Part shown: positions 49,578 to 59,938 of the stretch, piece after piece
Layout of the letters: the number at the start of each line of letters is the position of its first letter
Numbering within the stretch: the stretch's first letter is position 1
NCBI GenBank assembly: GCA_963835065.1
Contig: CAWIEK010000015.1
Span: 32,001 to 96,000 of the forward strand
Length of the DNA stretch: 64,000 bases
Origin: an uncultured Chthonomonadaceae bacterium
GTDB taxonomy: Bacteria > Armatimonadota > Chthonomonadetes > Chthonomonadales > Chthonomonadaceae
Direction: 5' to 3'
Notes under the pieces: model-generated
The model's input: only the letters and a program-made list of their open reading frames with translations
Databases searched by the model: none
Told to the model about the DNA's origin: nothing
Position numbers and translations under genes: made by a program

Positions 49578-50975
49578 TTACGGCAGTTGTCCGCCAACAG
49601 CCCGCTGAAGGGCGGCGAGGGCGATGTTGTAATCAGCGAGGGCGCGGGTGTAATCGGTTTGTTCGGTACGATACACTAGCTGCGCGTCGAGCAGTTCCAG
49701 ATACGTGGTCGCGCCCTGCGCGTAGCCGATTTGCGCCATCGTAAGCAGTTCGCGGGAATTGTCAAGCCTGCCTGCCCGGAAACCTTCCACAGTTAAACGC
49801 GCCTGCTGAAGATTGCGGTACGCGGTTTCCACATCAAGGAGGGCCACGCGGCGGGTTTCAGAGATGATGGCTTCCTGTTCGGATAGGGCGGCTTTGGCGC
49901 TCGACGCATCCGCGCGGTTGCGTCCGAAGTCGTACAGGGGGAACAGCAGTCCGGCGCGAAGGGTGTTGCCGCCCTGCGTCGGGTCAATGTTGCCGTGCCG
50001 CGCTTCCACAAAAAGGTCGGGCTGCGACTGCGCTCTTGCGCCATGCAGCAAGGCTTCCCGGCTGGCGCGGGTTTGCTGCGCGGACTGCAAATCGGGTCGG
50101 CGCGTCAGGGCGTATTGCTGCAAGTCTTCCAGTTTATAGGTAGCGGGCGTGAACGGCAGCGTGGCGGCAACTCCGAATTCCGAATTGCCTTCCATGCGAA
50201 CCAGACTGCGCAGGGTGGCGAAGCGGTTGGCGCGTTCGGTTTGGGCGGCGGCAAGCGCCTGTTCCGCGCGGGATTGCTCGATGCGGCTGCGCACGACCTG
50301 CGTTCGGGCCACATCCCCGGCGGTAAACTGCAATTGCGCGGTTTCGGCAAACTTGCGGGCGTTGTCCAGCGCGTCCAGAGCCAGTTGACGCGCGGCATCG
50401 GAACGCTGCGCTTCATAATACGCCGACTGCACCGCAAAGGCAAGATCATTACGCGCAGCCTGCCGATCCAGCGTCACAGCCTCCCGTTCCGCCCTTGCCG
50501 CAAGAACGCGCTGCCGCCGCTTATCCCCCAACTCGAACGACTCGGACAGCAGAATGTCTTCGTCCGTGCCGCCCGTGTTCTGGCCGACATGCCCCGCGAT
50601 GCTCAACACAGGATTGAGCAGCCTGCCCGCGCCCGTTAATCGCGCCGCCGCGCCGACAACGCGGGCGTCGTACTGCTGCGTGGTAAAGCTGCGCGATTGC
50701 GCCATGTTCAGCGCATCCGATAACGCGAGGGTGTTAGTCGCCGGACTTTGAATGTTCGGTGTTGGGTTTTGGGCGTTAGGCGTGATGTTGGCAGCCTGTC
50801 CGGGCGCAGGAACGGCAGGAGACGCGGCAGGCGCTGAAGCCGGGGGAGTGGCCTGTCCAAACGCGCACGAAGCGGACAAGCCACACAAAGCAAAAATAAC
50901 GGGAAAACAACGCAGACGCACGATAACAATTTGCCTTTCGTGTAACAACTTACTTCTTGCCGCCATTCGGCCCAT
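49578..50975 (-). CDS. TolC family outer membrane efflux protein (CzcC-like); start uncertain
   Basis: LNPVL; FELGDKRRQR; RRPDL; PLYDFGRN; GYAQGATTYLELLDAQ. Confidence 0.88.
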   Translation of the reverse strand: MGRMAARSKLLHERQIVIVRLRCFPVIFALCGLSASCAFGQATPPASAPAASPAVPAPGQAANITPNAQNPTPNIQSPATNTLALSDALNMAQSRSFTTQQYDARVVGAAARLTGAGRLLNPVLSIAGHVGQNTGGTDEDILLSESFELGDKRRQRVLAARAEREAVTLDRQAARNDLAFAVQSAYYEAQRSDAARQLALDALDNARKFAETAQLQFTAGDVARTQVVRSRIEQSRAEQALAAAQTERANRFATLRSLVRMEGNSEFGVAATLPFTPATYKLEDLQQYALTRRPDLQSAQQTRASREALLHGARAQSQPDLFVEARHGNIDPTQGGNTLRAGLLFPLYDFGRNRADASSAKAALSEQEAIISETRRVALLDVETAYRNLQQARLTVEGFRAGRLDNSRELLTMAQIGYAQGATTYLELLDAQLVYRTEQTDYTRALADYNIALAALQRAVGGQLP

Positions 50976-52029
50976 AAACCAAAATCACAGCGGAGTTCGG
51001 TTCCATTGTGGGACGGCGCTGCTGCCCGCCTGCCGCGCTGCCATCTGCCGGCTTGAATTTGGCGGTAATCAGGTAGAGGCGGTGCGTTATGGGATCAATG
51101 GTCATGGTGCGCGCGCCAACCTGCGTGGGCACGGTGGCCTTAACAGAAAATTTGTCCTTGCTGTCCTCATGCACCAGCGTCATGGTTCCATCCTGACCGT
51201 TGGAACTGATGGCAAGTTTGGCAGCCGGATCGAAAGCGCAGGCGTCGGGGCCGTTGCCAATCGCGGGCGTGGCGACAACCTTGCCGGTGTCCGCATCCAC
51301 AACCGCCATTTTCTGATTGCCGCACACGGCGAACAGGCGGCGCGTGGTTTTATCGAACGCCAGACCGGAAGGCCCATCGCAGGGTGCAATAGACCAGTGA
51401 TGCTTGACCGTCAGGGCTTTGGCGTCAATAGCGACGATTTCATTTTTATCTTCGACATTGGCATACACCATTCCTTTTTCATCCGTCGCGGCGAACTCCG
51501 GCTTGCCGCCGACGGGGATGGTTCCCAGCACTTTGCCCGTTCCCGAATCCAGCGCGGTCACGTCACTGCTGCTGCCGTTAAACGTAAACACGCGTTTCGT
51601 AGCCGGGTCGTACAAGATGGCATCGGGATTTTTGCCGACAGGAACCCGCTGCAATTCCTTCAACGTTTTCAAGTCGAAAATCGTTACCGTGTTTTCCCGC
51701 CCATTGCTGGTAAAGCCTTTGTTCAGCGCGGTCGCGATGGCAACGCCGTGAACGCCGGGCGTGTTGGGAATGTCGCCGACAAGGGCATCTTTCGCGGTGT
51801 CAATCACCATAACATGCGTACCCCGCGTGACATACAGGCGATGCGCCGCGCTGTCCACGCTCAGGTAATCCCAGCCGCCCTCGCCGCCAAGCGCGATTTT
51901 GTTGATCTGGTGGTACGGCAACATCGTGGGTTCCGCCGCGTGGGTGCGCAGAGAAGAAAACGAGGTCAGCAGCGCGGCCAATCCGATGCTGCCGACTAAA
52001 AGAGAACTGAAACGCAAAAATTGTGACAT
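50950..52029 (-). CDS. YncE/YVTN beta-propeller secreted protein
   Basis: GGEGGWDYL; PGVHGVA; GKNPDAILYDP; GGKPEFA; GARTMTID. Confidence 0.88.
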   Translation of the reverse strand: MSQFLRFSSLLVGSIGLAALLTSFSSLRTHAAEPTMLPYHQINKIALGGEGGWDYLSVDSAAHRLYVTRGTHVMVIDTAKDALVGDIPNTPGVHGVAIATALNKGFTSNGRENTVTIFDLKTLKELQRVPVGKNPDAILYDPATKRVFTFNGSSSDVTALDSGTGKVLGTIPVGGKPEFAATDEKGMVYANVEDKNEIVAIDAKALTVKHHWSIAPCDGPSGLAFDKTTRRLFAVCGNQKMAVVDADTGKVVATPAIGNGPDACAFDPAAKLAISSNGQDGTMTLVHEDSKDKFSVKATVPTQVGARTMTIDPITHRLYLITAKFKPADGSAAGGQQRRPTMEPNSAVILVYGPNGGKK

Positions 52030-52156
52030 AGGGGAACCTTTCCTTAACACAGAGTATGTGCCGGCGAACGTAAAGTTTAAGATTTAGCCGCAAATACACG
52101 CAAGTACACGCAAATAGGTGCAAATGTACAGGATGCAAAACGGCGGAAAGCATTGT

Positions 52157-53488
52157 TTACAGGGGCAATGCGTCCAGCGAAAAGGCAACTTGCGCTGTTA
52201 CCCAACCTGCCTCGCAATTCAACGTCAACTGCCAGCCGTTGACGGCGGAAACGGCCTTGCAGATGGCTAACCCCAAGCCGTTGCCCCCGGATTGCAGGTT
52301 GCGCGAAGCGTCAGGACGGTAAAATGCCTCGAACCATTTATCCGGCGAATCGGATGCGCTTGTTTCACAGGAGTTTGCGATTTCCAGATGCGCCGCACTG
52401 CCGACAGTGGACAAGCGCAGGCAAACCGTCCTGCCCGCAGTGGCATAGCGAACCGCGTTTTCCAGCAGATTGCGAACAAGAATGTCGGCATGAGTGGCTG
52501 CGGCGGCGACAATCACTTCTTCGGCAAGTTCCACTTCCACATTCAAGTTTCGCGCCTGCGCCTGATTTGTCAGCGTTCGTAAGGTTCGGGCGCACACTTC
52601 AGTTAAATCTACCGGCTCCTGTGGAGGGCGCGGACTGCCTTCCAATTGATGCAGGCGCAGCAGGTCGCGCACCAGAGAGGTCAGCCGCCGTGTCTGCGCG
52701 TTCGCTTCCTGAACCGCGTCGTGGTACTCCTCGCGGCTGCGCGGTCTTTGCAGCGCCAGTTCCAGATGCCCGGAAAGCGCTTGAAGCGGAGTGCGCAGTT
52801 CGTGCGACGCGGCGGCATAAAAGCGCCCTCGCGCCGCAATGGTTTCACTCTGACGCGCAAGCAGATCGTTCAGGGTTTGCACCAATTCTTGTACTTCCGC
52901 GTCCTGCGAGGGCGGCACGAGTTGAATATGGTTTTCGCCCCCGCCCAGAACCTGCGCCTGCTGCGACAGTTTGCCGATGGGAGAAAGCGTTCGCCCCACC
53001 AGCAGCCACGCGCCCAATGTAGCGAGTATTCCCGTTGCCATGCTGAACACGAACAGGGTACGCGCCTGTGTGTCCAATCCGCGCTGAGTTCGCGCCCAGG
53101 GCAAGCCGACAACCACTTTATACGCGCCGGTAGGCACATTGAGCGTACGCCATTCGGCCTGACGCGAACTGCCGGGCAACGCCTGCGCCAGCGAAGACGC
53201 GGCAGGATAGGTTTCCACAACGCGCCCCTGCGCATCCAGCAGAACAATCGCCAGATGGTTGTCGTCCAGATCGCTTTCCACTTCGCGTAATTCAGTCAGG
53301 TTGAGCGTGGGCGCATCTATGGGCAGTTCATGCCCTATCTGCGCGGCGGCGTTGTGCAGCAAAGCATCGGCATTGTTTTCCGCCTGTTTCTGCGCGTAGC
53401 GGGTCAGCAGCAGGCACGACGCCAGCATCAGCGCAAAAATGCAGACCGCAAATTGAAGCGTCAAGCGGGCGCGAATGGAGTTGGGCAT
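52157..53488 (-). CDS. Sensor histidine kinase
   Basis: Two TM, HAMP, ASHELRTPL, NLLENAVRY, GNGLGLAI. Confidence 0.92.
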   Translation of the reverse strand: MPNSIRARLTLQFAVCIFALMLASCLLLTRYAQKQAENNADALLHNAAAQIGHELPIDAPTLNLTELREVESDLDDNHLAIVLLDAQGRVVETYPAASSLAQALPGSSRQAEWRTLNVPTGAYKVVVGLPWARTQRGLDTQARTLFVFSMATGILATLGAWLLVGRTLSPIGKLSQQAQVLGGGENHIQLVPPSQDAEVQELVQTLNDLLARQSETIAARGRFYAAASHELRTPLQALSGHLELALQRPRSREEYHDAVQEANAQTRRLTSLVRDLLRLHQLEGSPRPPQEPVDLTEVCARTLRTLTNQAQARNLNVEVELAEEVIVAAAATHADILVRNLLENAVRYATAGRTVCLRLSTVGSAAHLEIANSCETSASDSPDKWFEAFYRPDASRNLQSGGNGLGLAICKAVSAVNGWQLTLNCEAGWVTAQVAFSLDALPL

Positions 53489-53501
53489 GGCAAGCCTGAT
53501 A

Positions 53502-53613
53502 ATGATGAGTGATGAATGATGAGTGATGAATAACATGCAATAGATGTCCAGCGAACGTGCCTAATGCAAATTGGAGATGTGCGATATTCATCACTCATCA
53601 TTCATCACTCATC
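53502..53613. repeat. Inverted heptamer arrays (TGATGA[G/A])n
   Basis: tgatgagtgatgaatgatgag... and tcatcactcatcattcatcactcatca overlapping the response regulator stop. Confidence 0.75.
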
Positions 53614-54281
53614 ATTTCCCTTTCCAGCCGATACCCTGCGCCGCGCACGGTATGGATGAGCGGGATGGAAAACCCTTTGTCTATTTTGCCGCGCAGGTAA
53701 CTGATGTAAACATCTAAAACGTTGTCGTTGCCGTCGAAATCGTATTGCCACACGTGTTCCAAAATCATGGAGCGGGTGAGGACGCGGCCTGCATTGCGCA
53801 TCAGATATTCCAGCAGGGTGTATTCGGTTGCGGAAAGCGCAATGGCTTTGCCGGCGCGAACCGCTTTGCGCGTTGCCGGGTCCAGCGTCAAATCGCCGAC
53901 GCGCAGCAGGGTGGGGGAAGGAACGGCGCGACGGAGCAGGGCGCGGGTGCGCGCCAGCAATTCCCCGATTTGAAACGGCTTCACAAGGTAATCATCCGCG
54001 CCGCTGTCCAGTCCTTTGATTTTGTCTTCCAGGGCGTCGCGGGCGGTAATCAGCAGAATCGGCGTGGAAACGCGCTCGGCGCGTAATCGGCGGCAAACCT
54101 CGAAACCGTCCATACCGGGCAGCATAATGTCCAGCAAAATCAGGTCGAAGGTTTGATCCTGCGCCCACGCAAACGCGGTCAGGCCATCCGAAGCAACGCG
54201 AGTGGCGTGTCCGGCTTCCGTCAGCGCCTGCTTCAAGAACCGCGCCACGCTGTCATCATCTTCCACGATCAGCATGTTCAC
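53598..54281 (-). CDS. OmpR family response regulator (start may be 54281 or 54314)
   Basis: LIVEDD; DIMLPGMDG; GADDYLVKPF; IHTVRGAGY. Confidence 0.93.
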   Translation of the reverse strand: MNMLIVEDDDSVARFLKQALTEAGHATRVASDGLTAFAWAQDQTFDLILLDIMLPGMDGFEVCRRLRAERVSTPILLITARDALEDKIKGLDSGADDYLVKPFQIGELLARTRALLRRAVPSPTLLRVGDLTLDPATRKAVRAGKAIALSATEYTLLEYLMRNAGRVLTRSMILEHVWQYDFDGNDNVLDVYISYLRGKIDKGFSIPLIHTVRGAGYRLEREMMSDE

Positions 54282-54607
54282 GGCTGCCCGTTTTTGGTCT
54301 TTCCCATCTTCCATCTGCTGCACCTTCAACACAGTATGGAAGACGAATCTTAAAATGCTGTTAAAATTTCCTGAGAGTTTTTTAAGGTTTAGGGCGCAAT
54401 AGGAGGCGTGAATCTATGCGCTTCATGCAATTATGATAGACGCGCAAGCGTCGGCAGGGATAACACCGTTTTCGCCTGAGCCTTCAACAAAGTCTGCGTT
54501 CAGAAAATTCTCTTGTGAATGTAAACATATTTTTCCGCAACCGTGACATTCCGGCAGGAAATTGGCAGAGCGCGGTGAACAGGAAAGCAGCAGGGAGGGT
54601 ACGAGGC

Positions 54608-55639
54608 GTGCGCGTGTTGGTAACGGGCGGAACGGGGTTTTTGGGTGGGCATGTGGCGCGAACTTTGCAGGTGCAGGGCGATTTTGTACGGGTTTTGGGG
54701 CGTAATCCTGTACAATGCGACCGTCTGGAAGCAGAGGGAATAGAAGTTGTACGCGGCGATTTGCGTGACAGGGAACAGGTCATTGCCGCCTGCAGGGGCA
54801 TGGAAGCGGTCGTTCATGCGGGCGCATTTTCCGCGCCATGGGGAGCCAAAAGCGATTTCGAGGCTGTGAATGTGGCCGGTACGCAGCATGTCATAGAGGG
54901 ATGCCGGCAAAGCAGGGTACGGCGGCTGGTGTACGTTTCGTCGCCAAGCGTAATGTTTGAAGGCCACAATCAAGTGAACGCGACGGAAGGCGGGCGACAC
55001 GCGCGGCCTTTTATGTCAACGTACTCCCGGACAAAAGCGCGGGGCGAAAACTATGTGCTGATAGCGGGCGGATGGGCCGGCCACAAAAAACGATGGGAAG
55101 ACATTGCGCCGCAAATGGAAACGGTAATCTTGCGTCCAAAAGCCATTTTCGGGCCGGGAGATACCTCCCTGCTGCCCCGCCTGATTGCCGCCGCTCAATG
55201 TAATCGCCTGCCGCAAATCGGCAACGGCGCGAACCGCGTGGATTTGACGTATGTGGACAATGTTGTTCATGCCATTACGCTGTCACTGACGCAAGCGGAA
55301 GCGTCAGGCGGCATATACACCATCACGAACGGCGAGTCGCCCCGCGTGTGGGACGTGATACGGCGCGTCCTGCGCGAACTTGGCTTGAATGACCGCCTGC
55401 GTCAAGTTCCTTACCACGCGGCGTACGCCATCGCGGCCTGCATGGAAGCCAAAAGCGCGCTGACCGGGCGCGAACCCCTCCTGACCCGCTACACCGTCGC
55501 CGTGCTGGGCCGAACGCAAACCTACGACATTTCCGCCGCCCGTCGCGACCTGAATTACACGCCGCAGGTTTCTCTGGAAGACGGCATCGAACGCGCGATT
55601 GCGGCAATCAAAGAGAGTACTGCCGCGCCCGGTATATGA
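54608..55639 (+). CDS. NAD-dependent epimerase/3-beta-HSD family (OleD-like) SDR
   Basis: VLVTGGTGFLG; YSRTK; LRPKAIFGPGD; VDLTYVDN. Confidence 0.85.
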   Translation: MRVLVTGGTGFLGGHVARTLQVQGDFVRVLGRNPVQCDRLEAEGIEVVRGDLRDREQVIAACRGMEAVVHAGAFSAPWGAKSDFEAVNVAGTQHVIEGCRQSRVRRLVYVSSPSVMFEGHNQVNATEGGRHARPFMSTYSRTKARGENYVLIAGGWAGHKKRWEDIAPQMETVILRPKAIFGPGDTSLLPRLIAAAQCNRLPQIGNGANRVDLTYVDNVVHAITLSLTQAEASGGIYTITNGESPRVWDVIRRVLRELGLNDRLRQVPYHAAYAIAACMEAKSALTGREPLLTRYTVAVLGRTQTYDISAARRDLNYTPQVSLEDGIERAIAAIKESTAAPGI

Positions 55640-55654
55640 ATGTATAGCCGTTCC

Positions 55655-55924
55655 TCAGCAGATGACCTCAAAGGGCTTGACGCTTGCCGCCACCAACTCG
55701 TTGCCCTTGTCGTCCTCCACGAGTAGCAGGTGAACCCCTTTCTGCTCGGCAAGGGCTTTGACGGCCTCAATCCCGCCCCCGCGTTTTTCAATGGAGGTCA
55801 GCTTGCGCTGGCTCATCGTGCTGGAGCCATTGGCGACGGCATCCAGCCATTCCGCAGCCCATTGGGTTGTCGCATCCGTTGTCATATCCTCTTGTTTGGT
55901 GTCCATGCTGTTTTCCTTTTCCAT
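55655..55924 (-). CDS. Small hypothetical protein
   Basis: Protein-like 89-aa ORF co-oriented in the pheA run; GVHLLLVEDDKGNELVAAS. Confidence 0.65.
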   Translation of the reverse strand: MEKENSMDTKQEDMTTDATTQWAAEWLDAVANGSSTMSQRKLTSIEKRGGGIEAVKALAEQKGVHLLLVEDDKGNELVAASVKPFEVIC

Positions 55925-55940
55925 GTTCCCATCGGATTGT

Positions 55941-56546
55941 TTATTCGCCTGCCCTCAACAGGCGGTAATGTTCGTTGATGATCGCGTTAATGCTGCCGGA
56001 ATCCCACGTCTGCCCTTCAACAACCTGCGTATAAGCGGCGTACATCTGCTTTGCGCAGATTTCTGCCGGCATTTCACCCGTTGCTGTTGCTAATCCCGGA
56101 CAGATAACGCTTTTAATGGCTCCGGGAAAGAGGGCGTTATGTTTCTGAATGATGCGGAGGGACGCTCGGAAAGCCAGATACGCATTAAGCGTATTACTGA
56201 CATTGGCAGGTGCGCGCATCGTTGGCGCGCTAATCAGGTAAGGCAGATTGGGATCTCCGGTTCCCAATAAAACCGCCATGCCGATAGGCAACTCGCCTTC
56301 GTACTCCTCCCGAAGCAACTGCCGCAAACGCTCTTGCAGTTGCCAGCCGAAGCGTCGGGAGTAAATCAGGTCAATGCCACCATCCATGAACCCGAAACAG
56401 TTCGCGGGACTGATGATCGCATCCGCTTGTACGCCGAAGATGTCGCCAACGGAAGGGTGAACCTGCGGAATATCCGCAAAGTATTTTGACCATGCCGCCA
56501 CAAGAGGAGCATTGATGTCGCGCAGATAATAGATGACCTCAGACAC
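55941..56546 (-). CDS. Macro domain (ADP-ribose processing) protein
   Basis: GDIF..ADAIISPANCFGFMDGGID; YLISAPTMR; CPGLATATG. Confidence 0.88.
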   Translation of the reverse strand: MSEVIYYLRDINAPLVAAWSKYFADIPQVHPSVGDIFGVQADAIISPANCFGFMDGGIDLIYSRRFGWQLQERLRQLLREEYEGELPIGMAVLLGTGDPNLPYLISAPTMRAPANVSNTLNAYLAFRASLRIIQKHNALFPGAIKSVICPGLATATGEMPAEICAKQMYAAYTQVVEGQTWDSGSINAIINEHYRLLRAGE

Positions 56547-56563
56547 ATTTCACCTCCCATTGT

Positions 56564-56821
56564 CTACGCAGCCATCGGTCTTTGCTGCCTGCCCGCCAGA
56601 AGCAGAACCGCAAGAGCGGGCGGCAGTTCGGGAAGTTCCTCCGTCAAGCCGTAAAGGTAGTGGCTGATGCGGTTGAACTGATGGTGACTGATGTGCCATT
56701 GCCGCATAAAAGCGTCACAATCCACGCCCGCTTGTTCCAACAAGGTTCCGAAAGCGATTTCTGCATCTGTTTCCTGTTCGATGCGCCGTTTGTCGCTTTG
56801 ATAACGATCATAAGTTGTCAT
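56564..56821 (-). CDS. Small hypothetical protein
   Basis: GAGGAG RBS, in operon between pheA and the macro gene. Confidence 0.55.
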   Translation of the reverse strand: MTTYDRYQSDKRRIEQETDAEIAFGTLLEQAGVDCDAFMRQWHISHHQFNRISHYLYGLTEELPELPPALAVLLLAGRQQRPMAA

Positions 56822-56860
56822 TGGTTCTCCTCATCCGCCGATTTTGCCTGTGCAGCAAGT

Positions 56861-57925
56861 CTAACTGGATTCGGGGTAGGAACCGAGGACGCGGACGAAC
56901 AGGACGTGTTCTTTGAGCAGCGTGATGGCTTTTGTCACCGACACGTCTTTGGTATGGCCCTGCGCGTCCACGTAAAACACATACTGCCACGCGGCGGTTT
57001 TGTTGGGGCGCGATTCGATCATGGTCAGGTTCACGTCGTACTTTTCAAAAAAGTTCAGCGCGTGTACCAGTTCGCCCGCCCGGTTGGGAACCGCGAACAT
57101 CAGCGAGGTTTTATCCTTGCCCGTCGGCTCCGGTTCGTTATAGCCCAACACCAGAAAGCGCGTCCGGTTGTTCGGGTTGTCTTCGATATGCTCGCACAAG
57201 ATGGGCATGTCGTACTTTTCCGCCGCCAGCGTGGTCGCAATCGCCGCGCTGCCCTCATCCTGTGAGGCGAGTTCCGCCGCTTTCGACGTGCTGGACGCTT
57301 CGATTTCCTCCACATGCCCCAGGTGGCTGCGCAGCCATTGCCGGCACTGCGCGAGCGGCTGAAAGTGCGAGTACAGCCGCTTGACCTGCTCCAAACTTTC
57401 GCACCGGGTCAGCAGATTATGGCGTATCGGCTGGTATACTTCCGAGACGACGCGCAGATTGGAGTTCATGAACGTGTCCAGCGTTTCGGGAACCACGCCC
57501 GCCCACGAATTTTCTACCGGCACGATCCCATAGTCACACGCGCTGCGCTCCACCTGCGCGAACACGTCCGAAATCGTGGCTTCGGGGGAGAATTGTGACG
57601 ACGTTCCGAACTTCGCCAGACTCGCCAGATGGCTGAACGTGCCTTCAGGTCCCAAGAACGCCACCATCAGCGGTTTTTCCAGGGCGCGGCACGCGGAAAT
57701 GATCTCTTTGTAGATCGCGCGCACCGAATTGGTCTCCAACGGCCCTTTATTCAGCGACTCCAGCCGTTTGAATACGATATGTTCGCGTTCCGGGGTAAAA
57801 TAATGGGAACGTGTGTTGGCTTTGGCGTGGCCGATCTGCTGCGCGCACTCCGCGCGCCGATTCAGCAGTTCCAGAACTTGCGCGTCAATGCGGTCTATTT
57901 CCTTGCGCCATTCAGGCAAACTCAT
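56861..57925 (-). CDS. pheA: Chorismate mutase/prephenate dehydratase
   Basis: RKEIDRID..LLNRR; FLGPEGTFSH; VPVENS; NRTRF; ESRP ACT domain. Confidence 0.95.
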   Translation of the reverse strand: MSLPEWRKEIDRIDAQVLELLNRRAECAQQIGHAKANTRSHYFTPEREHIVFKRLESLNKGPLETNSVRAIYKEIISACRALEKPLMVAFLGPEGTFSHLASLAKFGTSSQFSPEATISDVFAQVERSACDYGIVPVENSWAGVVPETLDTFMNSNLRVVSEVYQPIRHNLLTRCESLEQVKRLYSHFQPLAQCRQWLRSHLGHVEEIEASSTSKAAELASQDEGSAAIATTLAAEKYDMPILCEHIEDNPNNRTRFLVLGYNEPEPTGKDKTSLMFAVPNRAGELVHALNFFEKYDVNLTMIESRPNKTAAWQYVFYVDAQGHTKDVSVTKAITLLKEHVLFVRVLGSYPESS

Positions 57926-58077
57926 AAGGTTATTCCTCGTGTAAGGGTTTTAGTTGATAGTTGATAGAGAAATGCGCGGCGACATTGCGGCGCGGGTTTG
58001 TTGGATGTGTGGCTGCAAGATTCCGCATGGCACATTAGATTTCCTGCATAAAGAAGGCGTTGAGGTTTTATAAAGAT

Positions 58078-58932
58078 ATGGCCCGTGGAAGTTGGTTTAA
58101 CCGGCACAAGCGCAACGGCAGCGCGCCCGTTGACGTGCCCGAAGGTTTGTGGACGAAATGCGACCGTTGCAGCGACATTTCGTTTACCAAAGACGTGCAG
58201 CGCAACCTCATGGTGTGCGCCAAGTGCGGCTATCACCACAAATTAACGGCCAGAGAGCGGCTGGAAATGCTGGCGGACCCCGAAAGTTTTGTGGAAATGG
58301 ATGGGGAGTTGAAATCGCTCGACCCGCTCGGATTTCCCGATTACGGCGATAAAATTGGACGGGCGCGGACCAAAACCAGCCTCACCGATGCAATTTTAAC
58401 GGGACATGCGCGTATAGAGGAAAATCCCTGTCTGATTGGCGTGGCGGATTTCGCGTTCATGGGCGGCTCGATGGGCAGCGTCGTGGGCGAAAAAATCGTC
58501 CGAGCGATGGAAGCCGGGACGCGCGAACGCCTGCCCGTTGTCTTAGTCACGGCAAACGGCGGCGGGGCGCGGATGCAGGAAGGTATTTACTCGCTGATGC
58601 AGATGGCGAAAACAAGCGCGGGCGTGGCGCGTCTGGACCGCGCCGCTATCCCTTATATTGTCGTTCTGACCGACCCCACAATGGCCGGCGTGTACGCTTC
58701 CTTCGCTTCGCTTGGCGATGTAATTTTGGCGGAACCGGGCGCATTGATTGGGTTTGCCGGGCGGCGCGTGGGCAATCAGGACATGGGCGTGAAACTGCCC
58801 GACGATTTTCAAACGGCGGAATTTCAATTTCGCTGCGGCCAGATAGATCAGGTTGTGCCGCGCAAGGAACTGCGGGGAACGCTGGCGCGTCTGCTGGCGT
58901 TTTTTGCAGAGGAGACGCCTCGTGTCGCTTAA
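58078..58932 (+). CDS. accD: Acetyl-CoA carboxylase carboxyltransferase beta
   Basis: GLWTKC..C..C..C Zn finger; FMGGSMGSVVGEK; GGARMQEG; AEPGALIGFAG. Confidence 0.96.
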   Translation: MARGSWFNRHKRNGSAPVDVPEGLWTKCDRCSDISFTKDVQRNLMVCAKCGYHHKLTARERLEMLADPESFVEMDGELKSLDPLGFPDYGDKIGRARTKTSLTDAILTGHARIEENPCLIGVADFAFMGGSMGSVVGEKIVRAMEAGTRERLPVVLVTANGGGARMQEGIYSLMQMAKTSAGVARLDRAAIPYIVVLTDPTMAGVYASFASLGDVILAEPGALIGFAGRRVGNQDMGVKLPDDFQTAEFQFRCGQIDQVVPRKELRGTLARLLAFFAEETPRVA

Positions 58933-59938
58933 CAGCCCCTTTGACTTTGAAAAACCGATTGCCGAACTGGACGATAAAATTATCGAACTGAAGCGGTTTG
59001 CGACGGAAGCCGGGGCGCGGGCGGACGCGCAGGCGCGGGGCATTGACATTGACGCGGAGATCGCCAAGTTGGAAACCCGACGGGAGCAAGCCATGCGGCA
59101 CATCTTCTCACACCTGACGCCGTGGAACGAAGTGCAAATGGCGCGTCACCCGCAGCGCCCGTATACGCTGGATTATATCAGCCTTCTCTTCGAGGACTTT
59201 ACGGAACTGCACGGCGACCGCGTGAATGCCGACGATCCGGCGATTGTCGGCGGCTTCGCCCGCTTCCACAACAAATCCGTCGTCGTCCTGGGACACCAGA
59301 AAGCGCGCGACCTGAAAGAGCGCCAACTGCGCAACTTTGGCAGCGCGCGCCCCGCCGGGTTCCGCAAAGCCCTGCGCCTGATGAAATTGGCCGACAAGTT
59401 CAACAAGCCCTTAATTGTATTCGTAGATACCCCGGCTGCGGAAGCGAATCTGCTGGCGGAAGAAGAGGGTATCAGCGCGACGATTGCCGTAAACCTGCGC
59501 GAAATGGCCGGCCTGCGCATCCCGATTGTGGTTGCGGTTATCGGCGAGGGTGGCAGTGGCGGCGCGTTAGGCATTGCCGTTGGCGACCGTATCTTAATGC
59601 TGGAACACGCGATTTATTCCGTAATTCCGCCCGAATCCTGCGCCGCGATTTTGTGGAATGACCGCGCCCGCGCCCCCGAAGCCGCCGACGCCCTCAAACT
59701 TACCGCCCACCATGCCTTAGAATTCGGCATTATAGACGAGATCGTTCCCGAACCACTGGGCGGGGCGCACCGCAACGTAAACGAAATGGCCGCCACCCTC
59801 AAACAAGGCATCAGCCGCAACCTGACCCTGTTAAGCAAACTCTCGCCCGACGAACTGCAATGCGCCCGCTATGAGAAATTCCGCCGCATCGGTGAATGGG
59901 AAGACCCTACAGTGTTGCTGAAGACGGGAACGGAGTAG
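58922..59938 (+). CDS. accA: Acetyl-CoA carboxylase carboxyltransferase alpha
   Basis: DFEKPI; ARHPQRP; ELHGDR; GEGGSGGALG; YSVIPPE; EPLGGAH; GTG start 58922. Confidence 0.95.
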   Translation: MSLNSPFDFEKPIAELDDKIIELKRFATEAGARADAQARGIDIDAEIAKLETRREQAMRHIFSHLTPWNEVQMARHPQRPYTLDYISLLFEDFTELHGDRVNADDPAIVGGFARFHNKSVVVLGHQKARDLKERQLRNFGSARPAGFRKALRLMKLADKFNKPLIVFVDTPAAEANLLAEEEGISATIAVNLREMAGLRIPIVVAVIGEGGSGGALGIAVGDRILMLEHAIYSVIPPESCAAILWNDRARAPEAADALKLTAHHALEFGIIDEIVPEPLGGAHRNVNEMAATLKQGISRNLTLLSKLSPDELQCARYEKFRRIGEWEDPTVLLKTGTE

